Positions 8,960-19,283 of a stretch of 64,000 bases of DNA are shown here, in pieces. Position numbers and translations under genes: made by a program. Every line of letters starts with the position of its first letter. Positions within the stretch are counted from its first letter, which is position 1. This DNA comes from a virus: positions 32,001-96,000 of the IMG/VR virus record IMGVR_UViG_3300045051_000978; one strand, given 5' to 3'. Under the pieces are notes generated by a model. It was not told the origin of the DNA and did no database searches. It saw only the letters and a program-made list of their open reading frames with translations.

Positions 8960-10129
8960 GTGAGCAACGTCTGTGTCTACGCCTATTCCGATGCAGCCGG
9001 CGTCCGAAAATACGTCGATAACACGGATTTCAACTTCACGGGCACTTGGTCCGCGTACGGCAGCTACGTCAGCGACCGCGACGTGGTTGTCTACAGCGAC
9101 ACCAAGTACATGTCCATCCGGACGAATGTCGGAGCCAATCCGATAGCACCGGTCACCAGGACACAGCCCGCAAAGTGGTCCCCGCTGGTGCTCCTCTACG
9201 AGTACCAGTGCAGCGGCGGTTCTGGCACAACGTCCCCTGGAGAGGATGCTGTCGCCCGGCAGATTGCCAGCGACGCCTACGCGCTCGCGCAAATCGGCAC
9301 CAACACTGGAACTGCCGCCTACGACCTGGCTGCAAGCGCTTACGCTCTCGCCCAAATCGGGACCAACACGGGCACCGCGGCCTACGACCTGGCAGCGGCG
9401 GCGTATGCCCTCGCGCTCTCCGGCACCGGTTCGTACATCCACGACGCTCCAGACACGGTCAAGGACTACCACATCGACTGGGGCAGCGGAACCAACCAGG
9501 TCGATGCGAGCGACGTGCCATACGCCAGCAGTGTCTACAGCACGGTGGCGGCTGCACTCGATTACCTGCTCTACGTGCCGGTGAGCATCAGCTCGTTCAC
9601 GAACAACGTTGGCACGGTGGAGATCGGCAGTTCCGTCGGCTCAGTGCAGATCGACTGGGCACTCAACAAGACGATTCAGACCCAGGTCGTGTCTCCCATC
9701 GGATCGCTGGCTGCTGCGCTTCGGACGTACACAGAAACCGGGCCGTTCACGTCTACTCGGACGTACGGTCTCACCGTCAGCGACGGCACTACGAACGCCA
9801 ACGCATCCACCTCCGTGAATTTCCGTCAGAAGCGCTACTGGGGCGTTTCGGCCAACACTTCGTTGACGGACCCGCAGATTCTGGCGCTGAGCAGCGAATT
9901 CGCGACGAGCCGAGCCCAGACACGCTCATTTACGCCGTCGGCGCAGTACATCTACTTCGCGTATCCGACCTCGTTTGGATCAGCGACGTTCACGGTCAAC
10001 GGACTGCTCAACACCGCCTGGACTCTGGTTCAGCGCACGTTTGTAAACGCTTCAGGATACAGCGAGCAGTACAACATCTACAGGTCGGACAACCTGCTGA
10101 CCGGGAGCTTCAGCGTGACCATCAGCTGA
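8960..10129 (+). CDS. Virion structural/fibre protein (CBM5/12-like N-terminus, AQIGTNTGTAAY repeats)
   Basis: N-terminus aligns with 19280..21127; two AYALAQIGTNTGTAAYDLA repeats; beta-rich C-terminus. Confidence 0.7.
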   Translation: MSNVCVYAYSDAAGVRKYVDNTDFNFTGTWSAYGSYVSDRDVVVYSDTKYMSIRTNVGANPIAPVTRTQPAKWSPLVLLYEYQCSGGSGTTSPGEDAVARQIASDAYALAQIGTNTGTAAYDLAASAYALAQIGTNTGTAAYDLAAAAYALALSGTGSYIHDAPDTVKDYHIDWGSGTNQVDASDVPYASSVYSTVAAALDYLLYVPVSISSFTNNVGTVEIGSSVGSVQIDWALNKTIQTQVVSPIGSLAAALRTYTETGPFTSTRTYGLTVSDGTTNANASTSVNFRQKRYWGVSANTSLTDPQILALSSEFATSRAQTRSFTPSAQYIYFAYPTSFGSATFTVNGLLNTAWTLVQRTFVNASGYSEQYNIYRSDNLLTGSFSVTIS

Positions 10130-10132
10130 TCT

Positions 10133-10762
10133 ATGGCCACAATCCCAGGCACAATCGTTTCTGCCAAGGTCACCACAGGTGACACAGCCAACACGTATCC
10201 GGTAGCCGACCAGAGCGAAATCAGGGGCGGCAACCACTCCGTTGAAACGCTCACGGATCGGGACAACATCCCGGCCGAGCGGCGCATGGAGGGCATGACC
10301 TGCTGGGTCGGCTCCGAAGGCAAGGAGTACCGACTCGTCAACGGCACGAACAATGGCGATTGGCTGGAAGTCGTCGATGGTGGGGGTGCCAGCGGCACCT
10401 ACGTACTCAAAACCGGCGACACCATGAGCGGCCGGCTCGAAGCGCCGGCCTTTCGTGTCCAGGAAGAGGTCGTTGTTTTCGGCACTTCCGTCGTGGCCAA
10501 CTTCGACGGCAAGGCGTTTCAAACGGGAACGCTTACCAGCAACGGCACGTTCTCGACGACCAACCGGGGGCTCGGCAAGCAGGTAGCTCTACGTATTTTT
10601 TCAGACGGCACCGACCATGAGCTGGTCACGACGAGCGGCATTCGCTCGCTCAAAAACCCGCCGCCATTCTTCCTCCAGGCCGGCAAGATCGCCATCGCCT
10701 CCTTCGCCAGCTTTGGTGCGTCCGAAAACGACACGGTCATGGTCTTTGTCGAGGAGGGCTGA
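10133..10762 (+). CDS. Tail-fibre-related structural protein
   Basis: RDNIPAERRMEGM and YVLKTGDTMSG fibre motifs. Confidence 0.7.
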   Translation: MATIPGTIVSAKVTTGDTANTYPVADQSEIRGGNHSVETLTDRDNIPAERRMEGMTCWVGSEGKEYRLVNGTNNGDWLEVVDGGGASGTYVLKTGDTMSGRLEAPAFRVQEEVVVFGTSVVANFDGKAFQTGTLTSNGTFSTTNRGLGKQVALRIFSDGTDHELVTTSGIRSLKNPPPFFLQAGKIAIASFASFGASENDTVMVFVEEG

Positions 10763-10821
10763 ACCAACAAGAATCAACCACGCCGTAGTTAAACGAAACG
10801 GCACAACGAGCCCAAGATCAC

Positions 10822-12384
10822 ATGCCAACCACGATCACTTTTCCACGCAAGTTTCACGCCACAGTCAAGGGCTACTACCGCGCCAGCGTCGTCGATGCCA
10901 AGGGTGGTATCGTTTCGTCTACGGATTGGCATCCAAACCTGATCCTGGACAGCGGTCTGGACAAAATCGCGAGCATGCCGTGGGCTCAGGTCTTCCAGTT
11001 CTGCCTCGCCGGCAACAAAACTGGACCGACGGCTCCAGCCATCTCTGACACCAAGCTGGAGCAGCCGTACGCCCTCAACAGCTTCTGGCTGACCGGCTCC
11101 GAAAACTGCGGTCACTCCATCGCTGGCAACGTGCTCAAGCTGTACCGCACGTTCGACTTCTACCGGTTTCCGACCACGGTCATCATCACGGAACTCGGCT
11201 TCAAGGAGTCGCCTGCCGCAACGTCCCTCTTCAGCCGCGTGGTGCTTCCCAAGGCACAGCAGGTTGGCCCCGGACAGTTCCTACGCGTCAACTACGAGCT
11301 GAACATCACGCTGAATCCTGGCGCGGCGCAGTCGCCCAGCCCGGTGCCAACCATCGGCGGCTGGACAACAGGTGCCAGCGACAGCGAGTCGCTTCAGTTG
11401 TACGGCCTCTGCGGCATCTCAACCTCGACTTCGTTGGCCACGGCTATCGACGTGGGTGGGTTCTGCAACGAGCCGTTCGCGCCCGGCACGCGCAGCTTCG
11501 GTCCTGGCTACGGATTCGTGAACCGATGGCAGAACGGCGCAGACGTGGACTATATCGGTGCTTCCGGAAGCATGTCCACCAGGGTCGGACCGCTCTTCGA
11601 CTACGTTGGCGTCTACCAGAATCCGCACCAATTCCTCCAGTCGCGCATTCAGCTCAGCAACTCGGAAAGCGGTGGATCAAACAAAGGCAGCCTCACCAGC
11701 GCGGCCGGCGTCTTCAAAAATTACTACGACAAGGCGTTCCTGAACGCCATGGCGGCTGCCCACGGGTACTCGCTATCGTTTGGTAGCTCGGGCAACAACG
11801 GAGAAGTCACAAGCGTCAGCAACTCCAGCTACACCGACAAGACGGCTCCGTCTTCCGTAGACAATCGAGCGCACATCTGGGACCCGGTGGCGAAATACTA
11901 TCAGAGCCAGGACCTCCACGCGTGCAACGACTTCTTTTTCGATCCAGCGCTCAACGACGCCAGCAAGAGCTACGTCGCATTTCCTGGCAGCGTTGAACAG
12001 CCGGCGATCAACGCACCATTCTGGCAGGACTGGGTCGTCGCCGGGGCCAGCTGCTTCTTGTCCACAAACGCCACGGCACCAACGACCCTCGGTAGCACCG
12101 TTGACCGGGCGACCGCGGCCACGCAGTACGAACTGCCGCTCAGGTTGGATGTCTACACCCCTGGCAGCTTCACGCGCACCAAGTACGCGGTGTTCGACAC
12201 GTTCATTGCCAACGCAGGCTGGCGGTCCATCGGAATCGGCCCCACAAGCGCTGAGATCACTCCGAGCCTGATGAACGACGCAGCCACCAGCAACGGCTAC
12301 GTGTACGTCTTCAACGGCACGAACACCAAGGCCAACACCCACCAGCTGCGCATCGCGTTCGTTTACACGTGGGCACGCGCTTGA
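10822..12384 (+). CDS. Tail/baseplate structural protein
   Basis: NLILDSGLD...ITELGF...LFSRVVL...LRVNYEL pattern typical of fibre-proximal baseplate proteins. Confidence 0.6.
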   Translation: MPTTITFPRKFHATVKGYYRASVVDAKGGIVSSTDWHPNLILDSGLDKIASMPWAQVFQFCLAGNKTGPTAPAISDTKLEQPYALNSFWLTGSENCGHSIAGNVLKLYRTFDFYRFPTTVIITELGFKESPAATSLFSRVVLPKAQQVGPGQFLRVNYELNITLNPGAAQSPSPVPTIGGWTTGASDSESLQLYGLCGISTSTSLATAIDVGGFCNEPFAPGTRSFGPGYGFVNRWQNGADVDYIGASGSMSTRVGPLFDYVGVYQNPHQFLQSRIQLSNSESGGSNKGSLTSAAGVFKNYYDKAFLNAMAAAHGYSLSFGSSGNNGEVTSVSNSSYTDKTAPSSVDNRAHIWDPVAKYYQSQDLHACNDFFFDPALNDASKSYVAFPGSVEQPAINAPFWQDWVVAGASCFLSTNATAPTTLGSTVDRATAATQYELPLRLDVYTPGSFTRTKYAVFDTFIANAGWRSIGIGPTSAEITPSLMNDAATSNGYVYVFNGTNTKANTHQLRIAFVYTWARA

Positions 12385-12387
12385 TCC

Positions 12388-13281
12388 ATGGCCCAGCAGA
12401 TCATCAACACCGGTACAGTCGCCAACGACGGCACAGGCGACTACGTTCGCACAGCCTGGACCAAGGCCAACGCGAACTTCACCGAGCTGTACGCCTCGGT
12501 AGCCAGCCAAGGCGTTGAGATCGACGTTCTCCAGGCCGTCTTCGTCGGCACAAATCGCACCTACTACGTGTCCACCAGTGGGTCGGACGCGTTCGACGGC
12601 CTGACCATCGGCACGCCGCTGCGCACAGTCCAGGCGGCGGTCAACAAGGTCAAAGGAATCATCACAGCCCCGTCAGTCGCGACTACCATTCAGCTGGCTG
12701 ACGGAACCTACGCGGAGTCCGTGCTCGTCAGCGGACCGTTTATCGGAAGTGCCAGCGTTACGATTCAAGGCAACGCAGCCAATCCTCCGGCCACGGTGAT
12801 CAGTGGAAGTTCTTGGGGAGTTCAGGCAGCCAATCAGGGGGTGATCAATCTCCAGTCCCTTCGCCTTGCCGCTTCCGGAGGCCCGTGCGCCTTTTCCAAC
12901 GCGAGCTATGTCCTGGCTACGAACGTGGACTTTGTGGCGGGCGCTTCATGCGTGCGTGCGCAAAATGGTGGTAGCGTGCGGATTCAGACCACGGGCACGT
13001 TTTCAGGCGGCGGCTCCGCGGCCCTGTACGCCGTAAACGGCGGCGTAATCGACATGTCCTCCTGCGCTGTCACCGTCCGAAACGCGCCAACCTACTCGAC
13101 AGGATTCGCCTATGCCGAGGCAGGAGTCGTTGCAGCCTCAGGCTGTACGTTTTCCGGATCGTCAACAGGCACACGGTACTCTTCGATCCTGAACGGCGTA
13201 ATCAATACGGGTGGCGGCGGGGCCAACTTCTTCCCCGGAACTTTCGGAGGATCAACAGCAACTGGCGGTCAATACGCGTAA
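12388..13281 (+). CDS. gp9/gp10-like N-anchor plus beta-helix-like domain, paralog 1
   Basis: MAQQIINTGTVANDGTGDYVRTAWTKANANFTELY; YYVSTSGSDAFDGLT; QLADGTY. Confidence 0.75.
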   Translation: MAQQIINTGTVANDGTGDYVRTAWTKANANFTELYASVASQGVEIDVLQAVFVGTNRTYYVSTSGSDAFDGLTIGTPLRTVQAAVNKVKGIITAPSVATTIQLADGTYAESVLVSGPFIGSASVTIQGNAANPPATVISGSSWGVQAANQGVINLQSLRLAASGGPCAFSNASYVLATNVDFVAGASCVRAQNGGSVRIQTTGTFSGGGSAALYAVNGGVIDMSSCAVTVRNAPTYSTGFAYAEAGVVAASGCTFSGSSTGTRYSSILNGVINTGGGGANFFPGTFGGSTATGGQYA

Positions 13282-13296
13282 CCACGAGCGTCGAGT

Positions 13297-14802
13297 GTGC
13301 GTTTTACTCTACACGATCTGCCGTTTCTCGCGTCGCTCGGAGCAACCGGAACTGTCGTCATCATCGACGCCGGCACCGAGTTCGGCAGCCACTATGTAGG
13401 CGTATTTGACGGCACGTACTTCGACGTTCCGGACGACCAGGCGTCGTACTTCCTGGCCCTGACTACGGGGACCCTGTTCGACTACACCGTAGACAATTCG
13501 TCGCTCCAGGTCTACGTCAGCGGCGGTACCCAAACGTCGATCACCGCCGAGGCCGCGTTCGGGTTCATCCAGGTCGCCTCAGGAACGTACAGCCTGGCAA
13601 CACCGGATAGCGCTGTCACCGAAACCTCCGTCACCAACGGCTCCTATTACACGCCCACTCTGGACCTGGCGACAACAGGTCTGCACGTGCAGAACGGCAC
13701 GTACACGTCCGCTTCGGTTGACAGCGCGACAGGCTCTTCATCGGTAAGCACTGGAACACTGGCAACACCAAGCACCGACAGCGCTTCTTCATCAGCTCTC
13801 CTCGGATCAGGCACGATTTCAACGCCGACGCAGGACACAGCGGACCACACGGCAAGCATTTCAGACGGAAGCTACGCACCTGGCGCGCCTGACCTCAGCC
13901 AGACAGCCTTGGCCGTATCCGCGGGCACGCACGTGCCCTACAACGTTGATTTCGCATCCGGCATCGAAGGAATTTCAAACGGCGACTACCAGACAGCCAT
14001 CGTCGATGAATCCACGAACCAGCCTGGCGTTGCTTCAGGCACCCTGACCCTTCCTGAAATCGACAGCACCGACAGCACTGTAGCGGTTTCAAACGGGACA
14101 CTGATCGTTTACAGTCCTGATGCTTCAACTTCCAGCACGGCAGTCTTCGACGGCACCAACCAAGCCGCCAACACGGACAACATCGCCTGGTTCCTCGCTG
14201 TGTCCGATGGTTCGTATGCAAGCTACGCTGGCGACGCCAGCAGCGCTCTCGTCGCGCTCGGCACAGGCACGTACAGCGCGTATACGCTAGACACGTCAGC
14301 TGGCACGACCGCCCTTCTACCGACGACAGGAACCATCGATCACTGGCTCCGGCAGAACGAGTGGGAAGCACTCGACATTACTGTCGTCGATTTCGGCAGC
14401 TACACGTACCCCTACGCGCTGGAAGTCCAGCTGCTCTACCCGATCTCTGGAGCGCTCCGCAGTGACGCACGTCTGTATACGGCAGATCGTACGATTTTCA
14501 CATGGCCCTTGTTCATGGGCAACTCGCCGTTCTGGTACAACCCACGCAAGTGGACCTGCGACGACGAGGGAACGATCACGTGCGACCTTGATCGCTCGGC
14601 CAGCGACACAGCAGACCTGACCACGATCACGGCAGACGCGTCGCTGATGGCGATGGACTCCACCGAAGAGACCTTTGACTCAACCAGCCTGACACTGGAT
14701 ATTTCCAACACTACCGACCTCGGATCGGCGCGGTTCGACGATGGCACAAGCTCGCCGACCGTTGACGAAACCGTCTGGTCCTGGGCGCACGTTCCGGTAT
14801 GA
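13297..14802 (+). CDS. Ser/Thr/Asp-rich repetitive virion protein
   Basis: ~21-aa degenerate repeats D.....VS.GT(Y/L); C-terminal TADLTTITAD motif. Confidence 0.65.
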   Translation: MRFTLHDLPFLASLGATGTVVIIDAGTEFGSHYVGVFDGTYFDVPDDQASYFLALTTGTLFDYTVDNSSLQVYVSGGTQTSITAEAAFGFIQVASGTYSLATPDSAVTETSVTNGSYYTPTLDLATTGLHVQNGTYTSASVDSATGSSSVSTGTLATPSTDSASSSALLGSGTISTPTQDTADHTASISDGSYAPGAPDLSQTALAVSAGTHVPYNVDFASGIEGISNGDYQTAIVDESTNQPGVASGTLTLPEIDSTDSTVAVSNGTLIVYSPDASTSSTAVFDGTNQAANTDNIAWFLAVSDGSYASYAGDASSALVALGTGTYSAYTLDTSAGTTALLPTTGTIDHWLRQNEWEALDITVVDFGSYTYPYALEVQLLYPISGALRSDARLYTADRTIFTWPLFMGNSPFWYNPRKWTCDDEGTITCDLDRSASDTADLTTITADASLMAMDSTEETFDSTSLTLDISNTTDLGSARFDDGTSSPTVDETVWSWAHVPV

Positions 14803-15704
14803 GCCAGCAGATTATCGACATCGGCAACGCCTCTGACGACAGGCGCGGCGATTCGCCACGTCTAGCCGGTCAAAAGATCAACGCCAACTTCAGCGAACTG
14901 TACCCCTACTTCAACCGGAACAGGGTCGTGACGGACGTGGTGCTGTACGTCAGCACGACCGGCAACGATTCAAACAACGGACTCACTCCGGGCACTCCGT
15001 TTCTGACCGTCCAGAAGGGCGTCGATGTCGCATTGGCGGACTACATCATCCCCGACGGCAAGCGCGTCACAGTTCAGTTGGCAGACGGAACGTACACGCT
15101 ATCCACGGCTGTCCGATTCCGCGGACCACGCTTTGGTAATGCCATCGTTTCGTCGCGCTCCCTGATCATCCAGGGAAACGTTGGCACGCCAGCCAACGTG
15201 ATCGTCCAGTGTTCGACGAACAACGTCTTCCTGATCTATAACGGCTTCATCGAACTCCAAGGCATGGAGCTTCGCTGCACTTCGGCTGGAGCTGCCTGCG
15301 TCTGGGCTGAAGGCTTTTCGCGTGTAAGCTTGGCCTCCATGCGTTTCGGAGCCTCAGCTGCGGCGGCTGCCCACATCAACCTCTTCTACAACTCGTACTG
15401 CTTCGCCACTTCGTATACAGTGTCAGGCAGCTGCGCACGCCACATCAATCTGAACCACGGCAGCATGTTCCGGATGAGTTCAGCCACCATCACGTTCTCC
15501 GGAGCACCAGCGTTTTCCACTACGCTCTTGCAAGGACTGCTTGGGTCGGTTTTTGACCTGAACGCTGTAACCTACTCGGGAGCCATCACCGGCACACAGT
15601 ACGCGCTTACGAATCTGAGCATCCTGTCTTCCACCAACACAGTACCTGGGACAGCTGGAAGCGTCTCTACGGGCTCAAGGGTCATCAGCACAAGCTACAG
15701 GTAG
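14799..15704 (+). CDS. gp9/gp10-like N-anchor plus beta-helix-like domain, paralog 2
   Basis: MSQQIIDIGNASDDRRGDSPRLAGQKINANFSELY; LYVSTTGNDSNNGLT; QLADGTY. Confidence 0.75.
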   Translation: MSQQIIDIGNASDDRRGDSPRLAGQKINANFSELYPYFNRNRVVTDVVLYVSTTGNDSNNGLTPGTPFLTVQKGVDVALADYIIPDGKRVTVQLADGTYTLSTAVRFRGPRFGNAIVSSRSLIIQGNVGTPANVIVQCSTNNVFLIYNGFIELQGMELRCTSAGAACVWAEGFSRVSLASMRFGASAAAAAHINLFYNSYCFATSYTVSGSCARHINLNHGSMFRMSSATITFSGAPAFSTTLLQGLLGSVFDLNAVTYSGAITGTQYALTNLSILSSTNTVPGTAGSVSTGSRVISTSYR

Positions 15705-15705
15705 T

Positions 15706-16611
15706 ATGGCGCAGCAAACCATAGATGTCGGCAGCGCAGCGAACACTGGAGGAGAGTCCTTCTACTCCGGCGCGACGAAGATCAATGCCAACCTCACGGA
15801 GCTGGAAAGTAAAATTCTTGCTCCAGCTGAAGACGATCTGATCATCTATGTTTCCCCTTCGGGCAGCGACTCAAACAGCGGGCTTACTCCGTTTGACCCG
15901 GTCCTCACACTCGTCCGTGCGACCAGGATAGTTCACGACACCTATTTCACCACGAACGGCCAGGTCATCACGATCAAGCTGGCGGATGGAACGTATACAG
16001 CATCAACGGAGTGCCTTCCTGTACACGGCAACGGCGTCGTTCGCATCCTCGGAAATTCTGTAAACCCTGCAAACGTCCTGCTCACGACAGGGTCGAGTTC
16101 GACGCTGCTGTTCGCAACGCCGTGCCGCTACCTCCTGGCGGGCTGTGAGGTGCGTTGCTCAACTGGTTCCGGCACGGCCTGCGTCGTCGCCCGCCAGATG
16201 GCCTACGTCCAGATCGGGACAGGGATGATTTTTGGCCCAACGTCGGCGTCTTCAGATCACATCAACGCGACCGACCAGGGAATCGTGTCTGCTGTCGGAA
16301 ACTACTCGATCAACGGAGGGTGTCGGTATCACTACCACGCCAACTACGACGGACTCATCAAGGCAAACGGCATCACCTGCACAGTGACCTCATCTGTCAG
16401 CATGACGCGGTTTGCAAGGGCCATTGTGGCTGGAACTATCGAGTCGTTCAGTAGCACGTACGTCAACAGGAACAACGTTTCCACCTCCGCCTTCAACGCG
16501 GACATCTACGAAAACAGCGTCATCAACTGCCAAGGCGGTACCACTGCCAACTATTTTCCTGGTAACGGAGGCCCGGACGCCAACGGAACCAGCAACGGCT
16601 ACTGCTACTGA
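15706..16611 (+). CDS. gp9/gp10-like N-anchor plus beta-helix-like domain, paralog 3
   Basis: MAQQTIDVGSAANTGGESFYSGATKINANLTEL; IYVSPSGSDSNSGLT; KLADGTY. Confidence 0.75.
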   Translation: MAQQTIDVGSAANTGGESFYSGATKINANLTELESKILAPAEDDLIIYVSPSGSDSNSGLTPFDPVLTLVRATRIVHDTYFTTNGQVITIKLADGTYTASTECLPVHGNGVVRILGNSVNPANVLLTTGSSSTLLFATPCRYLLAGCEVRCSTGSGTACVVARQMAYVQIGTGMIFGPTSASSDHINATDQGIVSAVGNYSINGGCRYHYHANYDGLIKANGITCTVTSSVSMTRFARAIVAGTIESFSSTYVNRNNVSTSAFNADIYENSVINCQGGTTANYFPGNGGPDANGTSNGYCY

Positions 16612-17483
16612 TGATCACCACACCGCTCAGCATCGGCAATCCGAACAGCTGCACAGGCGACACGCTGCGCTCGGCTGGTCAAAAGCTGAACGATTCGTTT
16701 ACAGCCCTGTATGCGCTGCCAGCCGTCGGCTATGCGACCGACTACACCCTCTACGTCTCACCAACCGGCGACGACGCGAACGACGGAAAGACGGCACTGA
16801 CGCCTTTTCTGACGATTCAGAAAGCAGCCGACATTTTTCATCAGCACCAAAACCTGCAACAGAGCACACCTACGATTCAGCTGGCTGACGGAACGTATAC
16901 GCTCAGCGATGCAGTCTATCTCGGCAGGGTGTACGCCAACGGATTCCCAACCATTGTCGGAAACACGAGTGCACCGGCCAACGTCATCATCACCGCGGCG
17001 AATTCAAACTGCTTCAACGTGACGACCGGCACGTTTTGGATCATGAGCGGCCTTGAGCTGCGCTGCACGCTGTCCGGTGGTGCGTGCATCAGCATTGCAG
17101 AGCACTCCCGCGTTCAATTCGGCGCAGCCATGCGTTTTGGAACGTCTACAGGTGCGAACCACGTGGAAATCAATGATCACGGGATGTTCACGAACACGGT
17201 CGCTACAGCCATCACTGGCGGTGCTGCGCGGCACATCTACGCCATGAACTGCGCCTCGGCTCGTGTGGCTGCGGCGTACACGTTGACAGGAACTCCGGCT
17301 TTCAGCACCGCTTTCGTTCAGGCGAAAAACAGGTCGAACCTGAACCTCACCGGCTCCAGCTTCACCGGATCAGGCACGGGGAAGCGCTACGACGTAACAG
17401 GAATTGCCGTCGTAGCTACTGCCGGGCTGACCTTGCCCGGCAACGTCGGGGGCACAACCTCAAACGGCGGCATTTACTCATAG
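16611..17483 (+). CDS. gp9/gp10-like N-anchor plus beta-helix-like domain, paralog 4
   Basis: GDTLRSAGQKLNDSFTALY; LYVSPTGDDANDG; ends TAG in frame with paralog 5. Confidence 0.75.
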   Translation: MITTPLSIGNPNSCTGDTLRSAGQKLNDSFTALYALPAVGYATDYTLYVSPTGDDANDGKTALTPFLTIQKAADIFHQHQNLQQSTPTIQLADGTYTLSDAVYLGRVYANGFPTIVGNTSAPANVIITAANSNCFNVTTGTFWIMSGLELRCTLSGGACISIAEHSRVQFGAAMRFGTSTGANHVEINDHGMFTNTVATAITGGAARHIYAMNCASARVAAAYTLTGTPAFSTAFVQAKNRSNLNLTGSSFTGSGTGKRYDVTGIAVVATAGLTLPGNVGGTTSNGGIYS

Positions 17484-17486
17484 CTT

Positions 17487-18362
17487 ATGGCACTCCGCAC
17501 AATCAGCCTCGGCACGCAGGCCAACGACGGCACTGGCGATCCACTGCGTTCTGCGTTCAACAAAATCAACCAAAACTTCGCAGAGAGCTACCGCGAAGTT
17601 ATCGGCAGCGACCGCACCTACTACGTCGCAACTACCGGCAGCGATTCCAACGACGGTCTGACAATTTCAACGCCGTTGCTGAACATCCAGACCGCCGTCG
17701 ATCTCATTGCCAACACGCTCTTCATTCCGTCGAGCAGAACCGTCACCGTTCAACTCGCAGACGGAACGTATACAGTGAATACGTCCGTCGTTTTGCGCCC
17801 AACGGCCGGCGGAGGCACGTTCATCATCAGCGGCAACGCAGGCAACGCTGCATCTGTCATCTGCACCATTTCTGTAAACGGCGGAGTATACCTAGCGTCC
17901 GACATCGCAGGTCTCTGGAACATCCGTAATCTGACCTTGCAGAGTTCAGCCAGTGGCAGTGGTCTTGTCGCAGAGCGCGGAGCGTCCATCGCATTCCAAA
18001 ACCTGATCTTCGGATCAGGCATGTCCAGCCACCTGGTTCCGGCTACCAATTCGGCCATCCGGGCAACTGGCAACTACACGATCACGGGCAGTGCGACGCA
18101 GCACGTCAACTCTGTCGTCGGCGGCACGCTCGACGTGACAAATCGCACCATCACCCTCACGGGCACACCCGTCTTCACCTACTTCTGCAACTGCGGCTAC
18201 GCAGCGACCGCCAATTTTGCCGGCTGTACCTTCAGCGGATCGGCTACCGGCTCACGCTACCAGGTTTTTGCCAACGGCGTCATCATCACAGGCGGTGCCA
18301 GCGCAACGTTCCTGCCTGGAAACGCGGTGGGCACTACCCTGACCGGCGGCGTGTACGCCTAA
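17487..18362 (+). CDS. gp9/gp10-like N-anchor plus beta-helix-like domain, paralog 5
   Basis: GTQANDGTGDPLRSAFNKINQNF; YYVATTGSDSNDGLT. Confidence 0.75.
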   Translation: MALRTISLGTQANDGTGDPLRSAFNKINQNFAESYREVIGSDRTYYVATTGSDSNDGLTISTPLLNIQTAVDLIANTLFIPSSRTVTVQLADGTYTVNTSVVLRPTAGGGTFIISGNAGNAASVICTISVNGGVYLASDIAGLWNIRNLTLQSSASGSGLVAERGASIAFQNLIFGSGMSSHLVPATNSAIRATGNYTITGSATQHVNSVVGGTLDVTNRTITLTGTPVFTYFCNCGYAATANFAGCTFSGSATGSRYQVFANGVIITGGASATFLPGNAVGTTLTGGVYA

Positions 18363-18386
18363 TGCCCAAAGGGGTAGTTAGCTGCG

Positions 18387-19283
18387 ATGGCGCAGCAAAC
18401 CCTGAATCTCGGCACCGGAGCCAACACCGGAGATGGCGACTCGCTTCGCGCTGCTGGCCAGAAGATCAACAGCAACTTCACCGAGCTGTACGCTCGGGCA
18501 AACATCCTGGCTCCTACAGGAAGCCTGACGCTTTATGTCGCCACGACAGGCAGCGACAGCAACGACGGTCTGACGGTCGGCACGCCATTCCTGACGGTCA
18601 ACAAGGGCCTCACAGAAGCCGCCAAGTACATCTCCTTCGGCATCGCGGTGACAGTTCAGGTTGCTGACGGAACGTACAGCACACCTCTGATCCGCATTCC
18701 CAGGCTTCTCACGACCGGGCAAGCGAGCGGTGCCTTGATCCTGCAAGGCAACCCGACGACGCCAGCCAACTGCGTCCTGAGCGCACAAGCCGCCATCGGC
18801 TCCCTGCTATTCGCTGACGGTCCGCTCAACGCGGCCATCACAGGCTTCCGCCTCGTCGGAAATGCCACGACGTATGCAATCGATGCCCGCAGCTACGCAC
18901 GCGTCGCTTTCTCGGCGATTGAGTTCAGCACCGGATTTACCATCCACATCCTTGCCGGCGAACCATCAACTGTCACGGCAGCAGGCAACTATTCCATATC
19001 CGGCGGAGCGGCTTCACACGTCTACGCGGCAAACAACGGCTACGTAAACCTGGCTGGGCGCACGGTCACAGTCAGCGGTTCGCCGGCATGGTCCAGCTCG
19101 TTTGTAGACATTAACCGAGGCGCGGTGCTGCAAGCGCAGAGCATGACGTTCTCCGGAACCGCGTCCACCGGCCAGCGCTACTTCATTTGGGCCAACGGAG
19201 TCGTTTACATTAACAGCGTCTCCACCACCTACTTTCCCGGCAGCCTTGCGGGCGTGATTCAAACCGGAGGTCAGTACCTGTGA
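18387..19283 (+). CDS. gp9/gp10-like N-anchor plus beta-helix-like domain, paralog 6
   Basis: MAQQTLNLGTGANTGDGDSLRAAGQKINSNFTELY; has its own TAGTTA motif 6 nt upstream. Confidence 0.75.
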   Translation: MAQQTLNLGTGANTGDGDSLRAAGQKINSNFTELYARANILAPTGSLTLYVATTGSDSNDGLTVGTPFLTVNKGLTEAAKYISFGIAVTVQVADGTYSTPLIRIPRLLTTGQASGALILQGNPTTPANCVLSAQAAIGSLLFADGPLNAAITGFRLVGNATTYAIDARSYARVAFSAIEFSTGFTIHILAGEPSTVTAAGNYSISGGAASHVYAANNGYVNLAGRTVTVSGSPAWSSSFVDINRGAVLQAQSMTFSGTASTGQRYFIWANGVVYINSVSTTYFPGSLAGVIQTGGQYL

